From: a virus | Taxonomy: Duplodnaviria > Caudoviricetes | Strand: one strand, 5' to 3' | Virus record (IMG/VR): IMGVR_UViG_3300030372_002441 | Span: 1-37,964 of that record | Length of the DNA stretch: 37,964 nt | In this document: positions 24,170 to 34,500 of the stretch, in pieces | Layout of the letters: each line of letters starts with the position of its first letter | Position numbering within the stretch: position 1 is the stretch's first letter | Notes under the pieces: model-generated | Told to the model about the DNA's origin: nothing | The model's database searches: none | Seen by the model: only the letters and a program-made list of their open reading frames with translations | Program-made: the position numbers and the translations under genes

Positions 24170-24497
24170 ACACAAACTCACACTAGCAGGTAAAGAATAC
24201 AAAGCTAGACTCAATATAGATGCAATTATGCGTATTGAGGATGCTACAAGTAGAAGCATTATAAAACTTGCACAAGATATGAGCATGAATGAAGGGATTA
24301 CTGTCTCACAGGTTCTTGTTGTTTTATACAACGGACTAAGAGGTGGAGGTAATGATGTATCAGAACTTGATGTAAAAAATATGATCGGTGAATCCTATTT
24401 AGAATCAATAACTGCAGTCGCACAGTTATTAACAACAACCTTAACTGGTAATTCAGAGGAAGAAACAGACGAGGGAAAGTCAGAAAAGGTGGAGTAA
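24144..24497 (+). CDS. Tail assembly chaperone (lambda G-like)
   Basis: AAGGAG SD before ATG 24144; lies between tail tube and TMP; slippery site near its 3' end. Confidence 0.82.
   Translation: MTVNKLKGEHKLTLAGKEYKARLNIDAIMRIEDATSRSIIKLAQDMSMNEGITVSQVLVVLYNGLRGGGNDVSELDVKNMIGESYLESITAVAQLLTTTLTGNSEEETDEGKSEKVE
24473..24479 (+). other. Programmed -1 ribosomal frameshift site GGGAAAG
   Basis: In-frame G GGA AAG, identical to the lambda G/GT heptamer; the -1 frame is open into 24500..24703. Confidence 0.82.
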
Positions 24498-24499
24498 AG

Positions 24500-24703
24500 G
24501 TGGAAACTCTGCCAATCCCTAGATTCTTCCAAGTCTGTGTTGGCATGATTGGAATATCTCCAAAAGAGTTTTGGAGATTATCACTATCCGAAGTTTATCT
24601 AGCCATAGAAGGTTTCAAAGAATTTAACACAGCAGATACAACTGACAGTGACCCTATGAACCAAGATAGATTACAAGAACTTATGGAGTTATACCCAGAC
24701 TAA
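24500..24703 (+). CDS. Tail assembly chaperone T segment (probably expressed as a G-T fusion)
   Basis: -1 frame relative to G; GISPKEFWRLSLSE...ELMELYPD; TAATG coupling to the TMP. Confidence 0.78.
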   Translation: METLPIPRFFQVCVGMIGISPKEFWRLSLSEVYLAIEGFKEFNTADTTDSDPMNQDRLQELMELYPD

Positions 24704-26628
24704 TGGCTACACCTATTGATAAGCTGATTGTTGAAATCAGAGCAGAGACCAAGCAACTCCGTAAAGAGTTTGATAAAGTCAATAGCAAACTAGGAAAGAC
24801 AAAAAAGCAAACAGACAAGTTACAAAAAGGTTTCATGCAACTTGCTTCTGGTATTGGTGTTGCTGTTTTAGCTAAATCTATAGTAGATACCAACAGGAAG
24901 TTTGAAGATTTAGAAGCAACACTCAGAGCAGTTGTGGGTGGTGCAGAAGCTGCATCTGCATCATTTGCACTCATAAGAAAGTTTACTGCTCAAACCACAT
25001 TCCAAGTTGATGAAGTTGCACAAGCATTTATAACCCTATTCCAAGCAGGGGTAAAACCAAGTGAAGATGCACTAAGAGACTTTGGTAACTTTGCTGCAGG
25101 TATGGGTAAAAGTATCACAGACCTTGCACAAGCTACTTTCAATGCCACCACTGGTGAGATGGAAATGCTCAAACGATTTGGTGTCGTAGCCAGATTAGAG
25201 GGAGATAAGATAAAAGCAACCTTTGAAGGGCAAACAGAAACAATTGAAAGAAGTGGCGAAGCCATCACCGATTTTTTAAGAAGAATAGGAAGAGAAAGAT
25301 TTGCTACTGCTATTGAAGAAAGAGCTAATACAATTACAGGTGCTTTTTCAAACTTATCAGATGCAGTGGACGAGTTTCAAGTTCAAATTGGTGAAGCAGG
25401 ATTAAACAAAGAAATAATAAAACTTGCAAAAAATGCTACTGAACTTACAAAAAGTCTACAACCAGTAGCAGAATCTATAGGTGCTATTACAGGTTCAATT
25501 TTAATTTTAGTAAATGCTCTTATTGATTTAAACCAACAGTTCTCTGCATTTACATTTGAGATTATTGATTTTAATGATTTACTTCCCAGAAGTGCTCAAA
25601 ACATGCTTGTATTTATTCAAGCACTTAGAGGATTAGGATTTGAAGCAAGAGGAAGTGCAGAGGATTTTGAGGAACTAGTAAATATTGCACAAACATTAAG
25701 AACTGCAATGCAACCAAGAGAATTCCAACAGTTCACATTTTTGCAAAAACTGATTGACCAATTAGACCCTACAAAAATAAAGCTAAAAGATTTTCAAGAA
25801 GAACAAGGAAAATTAATCAGAGAAATTTTCAAAAGTGCAGTAGATGCCCAACTTGCAATTGACAAAGCTGCAGCAATTGAAAGAAAAGATTTGAACTTCG
25901 GAAGAGTTTTTAGTTTTATGGGTAAAGAAGATTTTGCATTTAATGAAGGTGCAATTGAGGAAATGAGAAAGATGATTGAAGAAGATTTCCTCAAAGGTTT
26001 TGGAAACATTGAAGCATTAGTAGAAGCAGTTCTTGGTATGAATGAAGCATCAGAAAGTGCGATTAAAATAGGAGATCACTTAAGAGAAGTTATACAAGCA
26101 CAAGCTCTAGCTTTTTCTGATGACTTTGTAAATGCAATTCTTTCAGGTCAAGATGCTTTAGCTTCATTTAAAGATTTTTCAAGAAATATAGTGAGTCAGA
26201 TTGTTGCTATCTTCTTACAACTAGGAGTAGTCAACCAGATACTAAATGGTATTTTTGGTGCAGGAACTTTTGATGTTATAGGCAGAAACGAAGCAGGTAA
26301 ATTATCAATCATTCCTGCAGGTGCAACAGGAGATGCAGGTGGAGGAACTTTACAAAGAAACACACCAACTCTTGTGGGTGAAAGAGGAGCAGAAATTTTT
26401 GTTCCAAATACAGGTGGCACACTACTTAATAACATGAACAGTAAAAATGCTATGGGTGGACAACCTGTTAATATTTATCAAAACGTCAACTTCTCTACAG
26501 GTATTGTGCCAACAGTAAGAGCAGAAGTTATGTCAATGCTACCTCAAATAGCAGAAGTAACAAAAGGTGCTGTGCAAGAATCTGCTATGAGGGGTGGCTC
26601 ATTTAGGAGGAGTTTAATCGGTGGCTAA
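24703..26628 (+). CDS. Tape measure protein
   Basis: L.VEI.A.T..L N-terminus, Ala-rich helical body, C-terminal AGGG...LVGERGAEIFVP. Confidence 0.92.
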   Translation: MATPIDKLIVEIRAETKQLRKEFDKVNSKLGKTKKQTDKLQKGFMQLASGIGVAVLAKSIVDTNRKFEDLEATLRAVVGGAEAASASFALIRKFTAQTTFQVDEVAQAFITLFQAGVKPSEDALRDFGNFAAGMGKSITDLAQATFNATTGEMEMLKRFGVVARLEGDKIKATFEGQTETIERSGEAITDFLRRIGRERFATAIEERANTITGAFSNLSDAVDEFQVQIGEAGLNKEIIKLAKNATELTKSLQPVAESIGAITGSILILVNALIDLNQQFSAFTFEIIDFNDLLPRSAQNMLVFIQALRGLGFEARGSAEDFEELVNIAQTLRTAMQPREFQQFTFLQKLIDQLDPTKIKLKDFQEEQGKLIREIFKSAVDAQLAIDKAAAIERKDLNFGRVFSFMGKEDFAFNEGAIEEMRKMIEEDFLKGFGNIEALVEAVLGMNEASESAIKIGDHLREVIQAQALAFSDDFVNAILSGQDALASFKDFSRNIVSQIVAIFLQLGVVNQILNGIFGAGTFDVIGRNEAGKLSIIPAGATGDAGGGTLQRNTPTLVGERGAEIFVPNTGGTLLNNMNSKNAMGGQPVNIYQNVNFSTGIVPTVRAEVMSMLPQIAEVTKGAVQESAMRGGSFRRSLIGG

Positions 26629-27529
26629 ACTAATAACAATGCCAACTACACCTAATTTTGTCAGAAGTAATTTTAGGTTAGTCAGAGCAATAGGTGCTGT
26701 AGCATCACCCTATACAGGAAAAATAAGAACCCAAGAATTTGATGGTGTGTTCTGGGAAGCAAGTGTAACTCTTCCACCGATGCGAAGAGATGTAGCTCTG
26801 AATTGGCAATCTTTTCTGTTAGAACTAAATGGGAGTGTTAATAATTTTAAGTTTGCAGACCCTGATGCTTTAGTTAAAAGAGGAAATTATAGTGTTGATG
26901 ATTTGCAATTTGAAACAAGGGTAAATGCTACAAACAAAACTCTTACATTCAATTCAACAGATAATACAATACTTGATACTGCTACATCTGCTCCTTTTGC
27001 AAACTCAAAAGTTGGAGACTTTATTGTTGTAACAGGTTCAGCTAATTCTGCAAACAATGGCACACATAAAATTACTGCTATAACAAATACAAGCAAAGTT
27101 GTCGTTGACCCTATAGATGCACAGACTTTAGTATCAGAAACAAATGTAGCTAGTTGCACAATAAAAGATAACGTCAAAGGTGCAAAAGGAATCAATCTTA
27201 AAGCAAGTTCAAATAGTGCATCTGGAACAATATTGAAAGGAGATTATTTAGGAATAGGAACAGCTTCAGGAGATTCTGCATCAACCTATGTACCAACACA
27301 ATATGTAATGGTTACAGCAAACGCAACTGAAACAGATAATGGTGGTTCTGCATTAAATCAATATGGAGTAAGGATTGAGCCAAAACTAAGAGAAACTAAA
27401 TCAGCTAATGTTAAAGTATTTCATAATCCTGCAAAGGGTTTATTTAGACTAGCCGAAAAAGATGTAAGTTGGGATGCAGACCAGATTTCAAACTTTGGTA
27501 TCACTTTTAATTGTATTGAGGTTGTTTAA
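26621..27529 (+). CDS. Distal tail protein (Dit-like) with internal insertion
   Basis: GTG start with AGGAGG SD; follows the TMP; SPYTG...W.ASVTLPPM, IEP.LR, GLFRL. Confidence 0.75.
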   Translation: MAKLITMPTTPNFVRSNFRLVRAIGAVASPYTGKIRTQEFDGVFWEASVTLPPMRRDVALNWQSFLLELNGSVNNFKFADPDALVKRGNYSVDDLQFETRVNATNKTLTFNSTDNTILDTATSAPFANSKVGDFIVVTGSANSANNGTHKITAITNTSKVVVDPIDAQTLVSETNVASCTIKDNVKGAKGINLKASSNSASGTILKGDYLGIGTASGDSASTYVPTQYVMVTANATETDNGGSALNQYGVRIEPKLRETKSANVKVFHNPAKGLFRLAEKDVSWDADQISNFGITFNCIEVV

Positions 27530-28183
27530 ATGTCAAACAGACAAGGATTTACAGGTAAGTTTACAGATTTTCTTGATGACGACCATCAGTTAATATTCTT
27601 TGCAGTCAAAGCTGACTTTGATAGTGGTGCTGTTAGGGTTTGGTCTGGTGATGGTGATTTATCGGTTGGTGGAGAAACCTATCTAGGAGTTGGGACACTT
27701 CTACAGATAAGTGAAACCGAAGATAATTTAGAACTTACATCAACAGGAGTATCGGTGTCTCTTGCAGGTATGGATGCTACTGTGCTTGATATGGCACTTA
27801 CAGAAAATTATCAAAACAGACCAATTAGTATATTTATGGGGTTTCTTTCTGGTGGCACAGATGTATCAGCAGGAACAAGCACAATTTTTAATGGACGTAT
27901 GCAAAGCATGAGTATTAATGATGACCCAAATGGCTCAACCATCAACATAGATGCAGAGAACCGATTAATAGATTTAAGCAGACCATCTAATCTTAGATAT
28001 ACAAAAGAATCACAAAAGTTTATTGATTCATCAGATTCTTGTTTTAACAGAGTTCAAGCGATGGCAGATAGAGAAATCATATGGGGAAGATCATCTACTA
28101 ATACAGGAAGTGGTTCTGGTGGAGGAGGAAGTGGTGGAGCAGGTACACCTAGAAATGACAAGGTTGGAACAGAAATTAAATGA
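27530..28183 (+). CDS. Minor tail / baseplate hub protein
   Basis: VRVWSG.G, YLGVG.L, V.LAG, F.GRM, ENRLIDL.R...RYT..SQ. Confidence 0.75.
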   Translation: MSNRQGFTGKFTDFLDDDHQLIFFAVKADFDSGAVRVWSGDGDLSVGGETYLGVGTLLQISETEDNLELTSTGVSVSLAGMDATVLDMALTENYQNRPISIFMGFLSGGTDVSAGTSTIFNGRMQSMSINDDPNGSTINIDAENRLIDLSRPSNLRYTKESQKFIDSSDSCFNRVQAMADREIIWGRSSTNTGSGSGGGGSGGAGTPRNDKVGTEIK

Positions 28184-28596
28184 GGAAACAAATAGACTGG
28201 CAAATAAAATTTGATAAGTTTGTTGAAGCCAATATGAACAAACCTTTTGAGTGGGGTAAGTGGGATTGTTGTCTTTTTTCGGATGCTTGTATAAAGGCGA
28301 TGACAGGGCAATCTTTAATACCAAAGGAATTGCATTGGGATGATAAAGAGAGTGCCTTAGAAACGATTAGAGACTACGGAAATACCCTTAAAAACAGCAT
28401 AAAGAAGGCATCTAAGAGAAAAGACCTTGAAAAAGTAGATTTGAATTATTTACAAAAAGGGGACTTAATTGTGATGGAACAAGATGGTAATAATGTCTGT
28501 GGCATGTTCAATGGTGCAAAGACATTGGGTGTCAACGAAGAGGGTATCGTTGTTCTTAAAGACTTTAAAATAATAGAAGCATGGAGAATTAATTGA
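28180..28596 (+). CDS. NlpC/P60-like tail tip assembly protein
   Basis: PFEWGKWDCCLF, GDLI; position equivalent to lambda K / the GTA peptidase. Confidence 0.72.
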   Translation: MRKQIDWQIKFDKFVEANMNKPFEWGKWDCCLFSDACIKAMTGQSLIPKELHWDDKESALETIRDYGNTLKNSIKKASKRKDLEKVDLNYLQKGDLIVMEQDGNNVCGMFNGAKTLGVNEEGIVVLKDFKIIEAWRIN

Positions 28597-31500
28597 AGCA
28601 CGTCAAGAATGCAGTAAAAGTTTTCGTTGTATCTTTTATAGTGATTGCAACAGCAGGAGCAATAACTAAGGGAGCATTACTTGGAATAGAAAAATTTACT
28701 GCAAAAGCACTTTTTAAGGCTGCAGCAAGAATGGCAGCAATGACTGGATTATCAACATTAGTTGGTGGCTTGATGTCAAAAAATGCAGGTGCTGTAGGTG
28801 ATAACTTTGGTTCAAAAATTGCAGGAAGAGATGCACAAGCACCAAGACAATTAATTTATGGTCGTTGTAGAGTTGGTGGAACTGTTACACATTTAGAAAC
28901 TGCAGGAACAGATAATCATAAATTAAGAATGATTATTGTCCTAGCAGGACACGAAATAGAATCTCTTGAATCAATTCAAATCAACGATGAAACCATAACG
29001 TCAGTTGCAGGTTCAGGAGCAAACTCTGGATTCAGGGTTGTAACTAATTCTAAATATACAAATACTGATAATGAAAATGACTTTGGCAGTGGTCGGTTGA
29101 TGCGATTTGTATTTAAGGATGGCTCACAAACAACAGCAGATTCTACAATTACAAGTAATTCATCTTTAGCTGCAAATGATAAATTTATAGATTGTGCTTA
29201 TCTTTTTGTTGAGATGGTATTTGACTCTGAAGCATTTGGTGGTGGTATTCCTCCATTTTCATTCATAGTAAAAGGTAAAAAAGTTTTTGACCCAAGAGAT
29301 TCAAACCAAACATTTGGAAATCCTGCAACTCATACTTTTTCAACTAATCCTGCACTTCACGTTTTAGATTATTTAAAAGATACAACTTATGGATTAAAAG
29401 CTACAGAAAGCGAACTGAATCTAACAGGAAGTACAGGTAATGAGTTCCTTGGAAGTTTTAGACAAGCTGCGAATACTTGCGATACTTTAAATGCTGTTAC
29501 TACAGCAGTTAATAATGGTGCTGTAAATAATTCAACAACTGTAAATCTCACAAATCAAACAAACAATCTGCTCATTCAAGTTGGTCATAAGGTTACTGGG
29601 ACAGGTATTACTGGAACTGTAAAAGTAGTTAGTAAAGTATTAACAGGTTCTGGTGGCAGTATACATAAAATCGTTTTAGATACACCAATAACCATAAACA
29701 ATACAACTACTCTAAGTTTTGGTGAAAGCTCTTATACCAGTAATGGATTCTCTAACTTTAGTGCTGATGGTTCTGCTTTGCTTGAAGGCATTCTTAGTTC
29801 AATGGCAGGAAAGATTACTTATGTAAATGGTAAGTTCTGCATTTTTGCAGGTGCATCTGGCACTGCTGATATGACCATTACCGATGATAATTTATTAGAA
29901 CCCATACAAGTAATTACAAAACCAAATACAGGAGAATGCTATAACACAGTAAAAGCAATATTCCCTGATGCTAATGCAGATTTCGTTGCTACTGATACGC
30001 CTGTTTTAACAGCTACAAACCCAAGCACAAGTGCTACTTATTTGAGTGAAGATACTCCTTCTGGAGAAAGCCAAGCAAATTACAGAAAAGAATTAGAATT
30101 GCAGTTGCCATTTACTGAAACCTCAACAATGGCACAAAGAATAGCTAGAACTCAACTATTACATTCAAGACAAGACACAACTATAAGTATGTTGTGTAAT
30201 ATTAATTTCTTACAGTTACAACCTTTTGATTATGTAAAAGTTACTAATGAACGATTAGGATTTACTAATAAAAACTTTGAAGTAATTAGTATGGCACTTG
30301 AAATCGTTGAAACAGATGGTGTCCCAATAGCTGCAACTAGATTAGATTTAAAAGAGATTGATAATGCAGTTTGGACGTTTGCACAATCTGATTACATATC
30401 GCCATCACCAGACGTTGACTTGAGCAATGTATCATCTGGAAGTTTTAGTGTTCCTGCTCCAACAAGTCCTGCAGTTACCTTAGATAAAGTCAATACTGGA
30501 TATGATCTTAAAGTAACTTGGAGTAGTGCTGTTGATGATAATGTGCAAGGTACAGAAATCCTCTATGGAACATCGTCTGGCACTTATGATTCTTCTATTT
30601 TAGCAGGTAAGGGTTCAAATAAAGAGATCATAAATAATGTCAAACCAGATACCACTTATTTTATTTGTCTTAGGCATTTTAGTTCTAATAATGTTTTTAG
30701 TGATAAAACATCAGAAATATCTATTGCTACAGGAGGTGCTGATACACCTGCTACTATTTCAGATTTATCAAGAGTTCAAGATAAGCCATTCCACATAGGT
30801 CTTTCATGGACTAACCCTAACGCTTCAGACTTGCGAGAAATACGCATACATAGAGCCACAAGCTCTTTTACAACAGGTCAAGCGACTAATAGTAATCTTG
30901 TAAGAACAATTGCTGCAGCACCGAATGTTGTGCAACAAGCAAGTTTTGGAGTTGAAGATGGATTAGATGCAGGGACTACTTACTATTTTAGAGTTGTACC
31001 AGTTTCATACTTCAACAAAGTTGGAACTGCATCTAATGAAGTAAATGGTTCATTTGCAAAAGTGGCAGGTACAGATATTCAAACTGATACAAGGATTGTT
31101 GCAGGTACACATCCAAACGTAGGTGTTCTTGATGGTTCTCATAACTCTTTAAGGATTTATGCAGGTAATCTAAATACACCAACCTCTGCACCTTTTCAAG
31201 TTACACAAACAGGTCTTTTGACAGCAGAAAATGCAACCATATCTGGAACTGTAAAAACTGGACAAGAAATAAATGTCGGAGCAGGAACAAGAACTGTAAA
31301 TATTTCTGGAAGTACAGGTTCACAAACAATCCTTACAGCAGGGAGTGCCACCCTCACCGATGCACCATTTAGGGTTTTATCTGATGGTACTGTTGAACTT
31401 TCAAAGGTAAATATATTCACAACCGATGGTGGTCAGGTATTTGATTCTGTTACAGGTTTCACAGGGTTAGGTGTAACAAATATTGCACAAGGATTAGGAA

Positions 31501-34500
31501 CATCTACAAGCGACTATACAAGGATTTTAACAAGTACAGATGTGCAAAAAATTACCCTTACCAATTCAGATACAAGTACCAGTCAAGATCACACCATAGT
31601 TGTAAAAGCAAGATTTAATGGTGTGTTAAAAGGTTATACGTCAAGTGGTGCTTTAAGTGGTGCAGTTGCTGAGATACCAAACAAAATTCAAATGAAGTTG
31701 ATGCAATCAACGGAAAACTCTCAAAGTAGTGGGACACAAACAGAACTTCAAGCTCTAGGAACTTCTTTTACTTCTGGAGCATCAAGAGTAACTTCTATAA
31801 CAAATGCTAATACACAGTTTTTAATACAAACTTTTACAGAAAGTGATAATTTCTTTACCACTAATGAAGCATTTACAGTTTCAGGTCAGGGTTTAATTAA
31901 TTCATCTGGATTGTTTGAAATCTCTAGTGGTAATCTAACTTTAACTGTACCTGCAGGTTCTTCCTCAAAAGACTTTTTCTTTTACATTGTTATAGATGGA
32001 GCAGTTGATAGTTCTAATGCTACAGCACAAGCAGTATTGGCAAGACCAAGAACCATTAATATTACAGGTGAAAGTTTCTTTGTAGATTCAACGACAGGAG
32101 CAGGTTCAGATTCTTCTGTAGGTGATATCACAGGAGTTGTTGCAGGTACAAATCTTAATGGTGGAGGAACTTCTGGAAGTGTTACTCTTAATTTAGATTC
32201 AACTATTACAGGGAATCATACATTTTCCAACAACCTCATAGTTGGTGGTGATCTTACAGTACAAGGCACAACCACAACGATTGATACCACAAACTTAGAT
32301 GTAAAAGATAAAAACATAACCCTAAACTTCTCAACAGGTGATTCTTCTGCAAATGCAAATGGAGCAGGTATAACTATTCAAGATGCAGTTAGTCAGGGTA
32401 ACGATGCAACGATTCTTTGGGATGCAACGAATGATGAGTTTGATTTTTCTCATAAAATAAATGTTACAGGAACAGTTACAGCAGATGGTTTAGACGTTGG
32501 TGACGGAGATATTTTAAATGTAGGGACTATTGCACTTGATAAAATTAAAGGCGATGCAGATGATAATACCAACATTACTTTTGCAGGTAGTGATACGATT
32601 ACATTTAATCAAGGTGGACAGCAACGCCTTGCAGTAAATACATCAGGCATAAATGTTACAGGAACTATCTCTAGTGGTGCTATAACTGCAACTGCTTCTT
32701 CAACTATTGGAGGAAGCGACAATATAAGTATGACTGGTGGCAGTCTAGGTCAACTAAGAATTGCAGGAGCAGGATATACAGGTGCTATTGCTTTAGATGC
32801 AAATGCAATGCATATATACCACAACTCATCAGGAAGAAATTTAGTCTTTGGAACAAATGAAACTGCAAGATTAACTATAAATGCAGGTGGTACTATGACT
32901 TTTCATAGTAATAATTTACAAAGCATAGGAACTATCAATAGTGGTGCAATAACCAGTACAGGAGATATTACTCTTGGGGACTCACACCAAATAGGAGATG
33001 ATGCGTCTGATAATTTAGTTATAAATTCAAGTAGTGGAGAAAGTATTGTTGTAGCGTCAAATTCACATATTTTCTTCAATACAGGTGCAACAAGCCTAAC
33101 GAGTCAAGGCACTACTAGAATGATTGTAAATGCATCTGGAAATGTTGGTATAGGAACTTCAAGTCCTAATCAAAAATTAAATGTATCAGGTGGTAGAAGT
33201 TATTTTGGAGCTAACGGAGAAGCTTTTGCAATTGGTTTAGGATTTAATGGAACAAGAACTGCAAGTAATCAAACTTACTTTTTAGGTGCTACTGACTCTG
33301 CAACTCCTGATTTACAAATTTCAAACGCTGATGGTGGTGAAAAAGTTAGAATTACTCATGCAGGAAACGTTGGTATAGGAACTGCAAGTCCTGCTGTAGC
33401 TTTAGATGTAAATGGTAATGTAAGAATAGGTGCAACTGGAAGATTCCAAACTTCAACAAATGTATTTAAGTCTATGAATACAGCAGAAGATGGAGCTTTA
33501 ATAAGAGCAGCAGTATCAAGTGCTTCCAATCCTACTTTCTCAAATGTTGATGATACTAATACTGGTATGTTTTTTGCAGCATCAGATATACTAGGATTTA
33601 CTACTGGTGGCACAGAGAGACTTCGTATTGCATCCGATGGTAAAGCAACATTTAATAGCTCATTTACTCTTCCTGCTACAGTACCTTCTTCTGGCTCTAT
33701 AGGTGGTAAAGCTCTAAGAATCCCTGTTGATGCTGATATATCTGGTTCTGCTCCGTATGAGTTAGAGTGGTTTAATCCTAATTTGCAAACAAGTATTACT
33801 ACAACAGGAACAATACAAGGCAGACAATTCTTAATCATAGAAGAAGCACAATCAGCAAGTAGCACAGTTCAGTTTGATTTAGGTAAAAAAATCAGCACAA
33901 ATCCACAGGTCACAGATCACGATGCAGTAATCAATATGATTGGTGATAACACGCACAGCACAGGTGGTTTAATAATTAAAAGAAATGCAGGTGCTAATAA
34001 TGGTTCTTCAATAACTAGTAAAGGTACAGGCGATTTAACACTAGATGTTGGTGGAGACATAATTCTTGATGCTGATGGTGGAGATTTTATTTTTAAAGAT
34101 GGTGGGGTTGAACAAGCAAGATTAAAATCAGGAAATCTTGGTATAGGAGCTGCAAGTCCTGATGGTAATTTAGAAGTTGTAGCATCTACTACTGTTAGTG
34201 GTGCATCAGATTCAGTAAATAATGTTCTTATAGGATTACAGACTACTAACAGACCAACAATTATACTAGATACAGCAGATACTACTTACACTAATAGAAC
34301 TTGGAACATTACTAATGTAGGTTCAGCAGGTAGTTTAGTTATTGGTAGAAATGGATTAGATATACTAAATTTAAAAAATGATGGAAAGGTTGGTATAGGA
34401 ACTACAAGTCCTGATAATGCTCTACATGTTCAAACTGCTGCTTTATCTGGCAGAGACCCATCTAATGGTAATACTTTATTAACTTTAGAACATTCAACAG

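Noticed and set aside
519-28324. Numerous short antisense or nested track ORFs (e.g. 519, 1290, 5249, 6268, 6616, 7887, 10729, 12848, 14723, 17525, 24990, 26887, 28054)
   Set aside because: They lie mostly or wholly within well-supported genes and have composition typical of shadow frames
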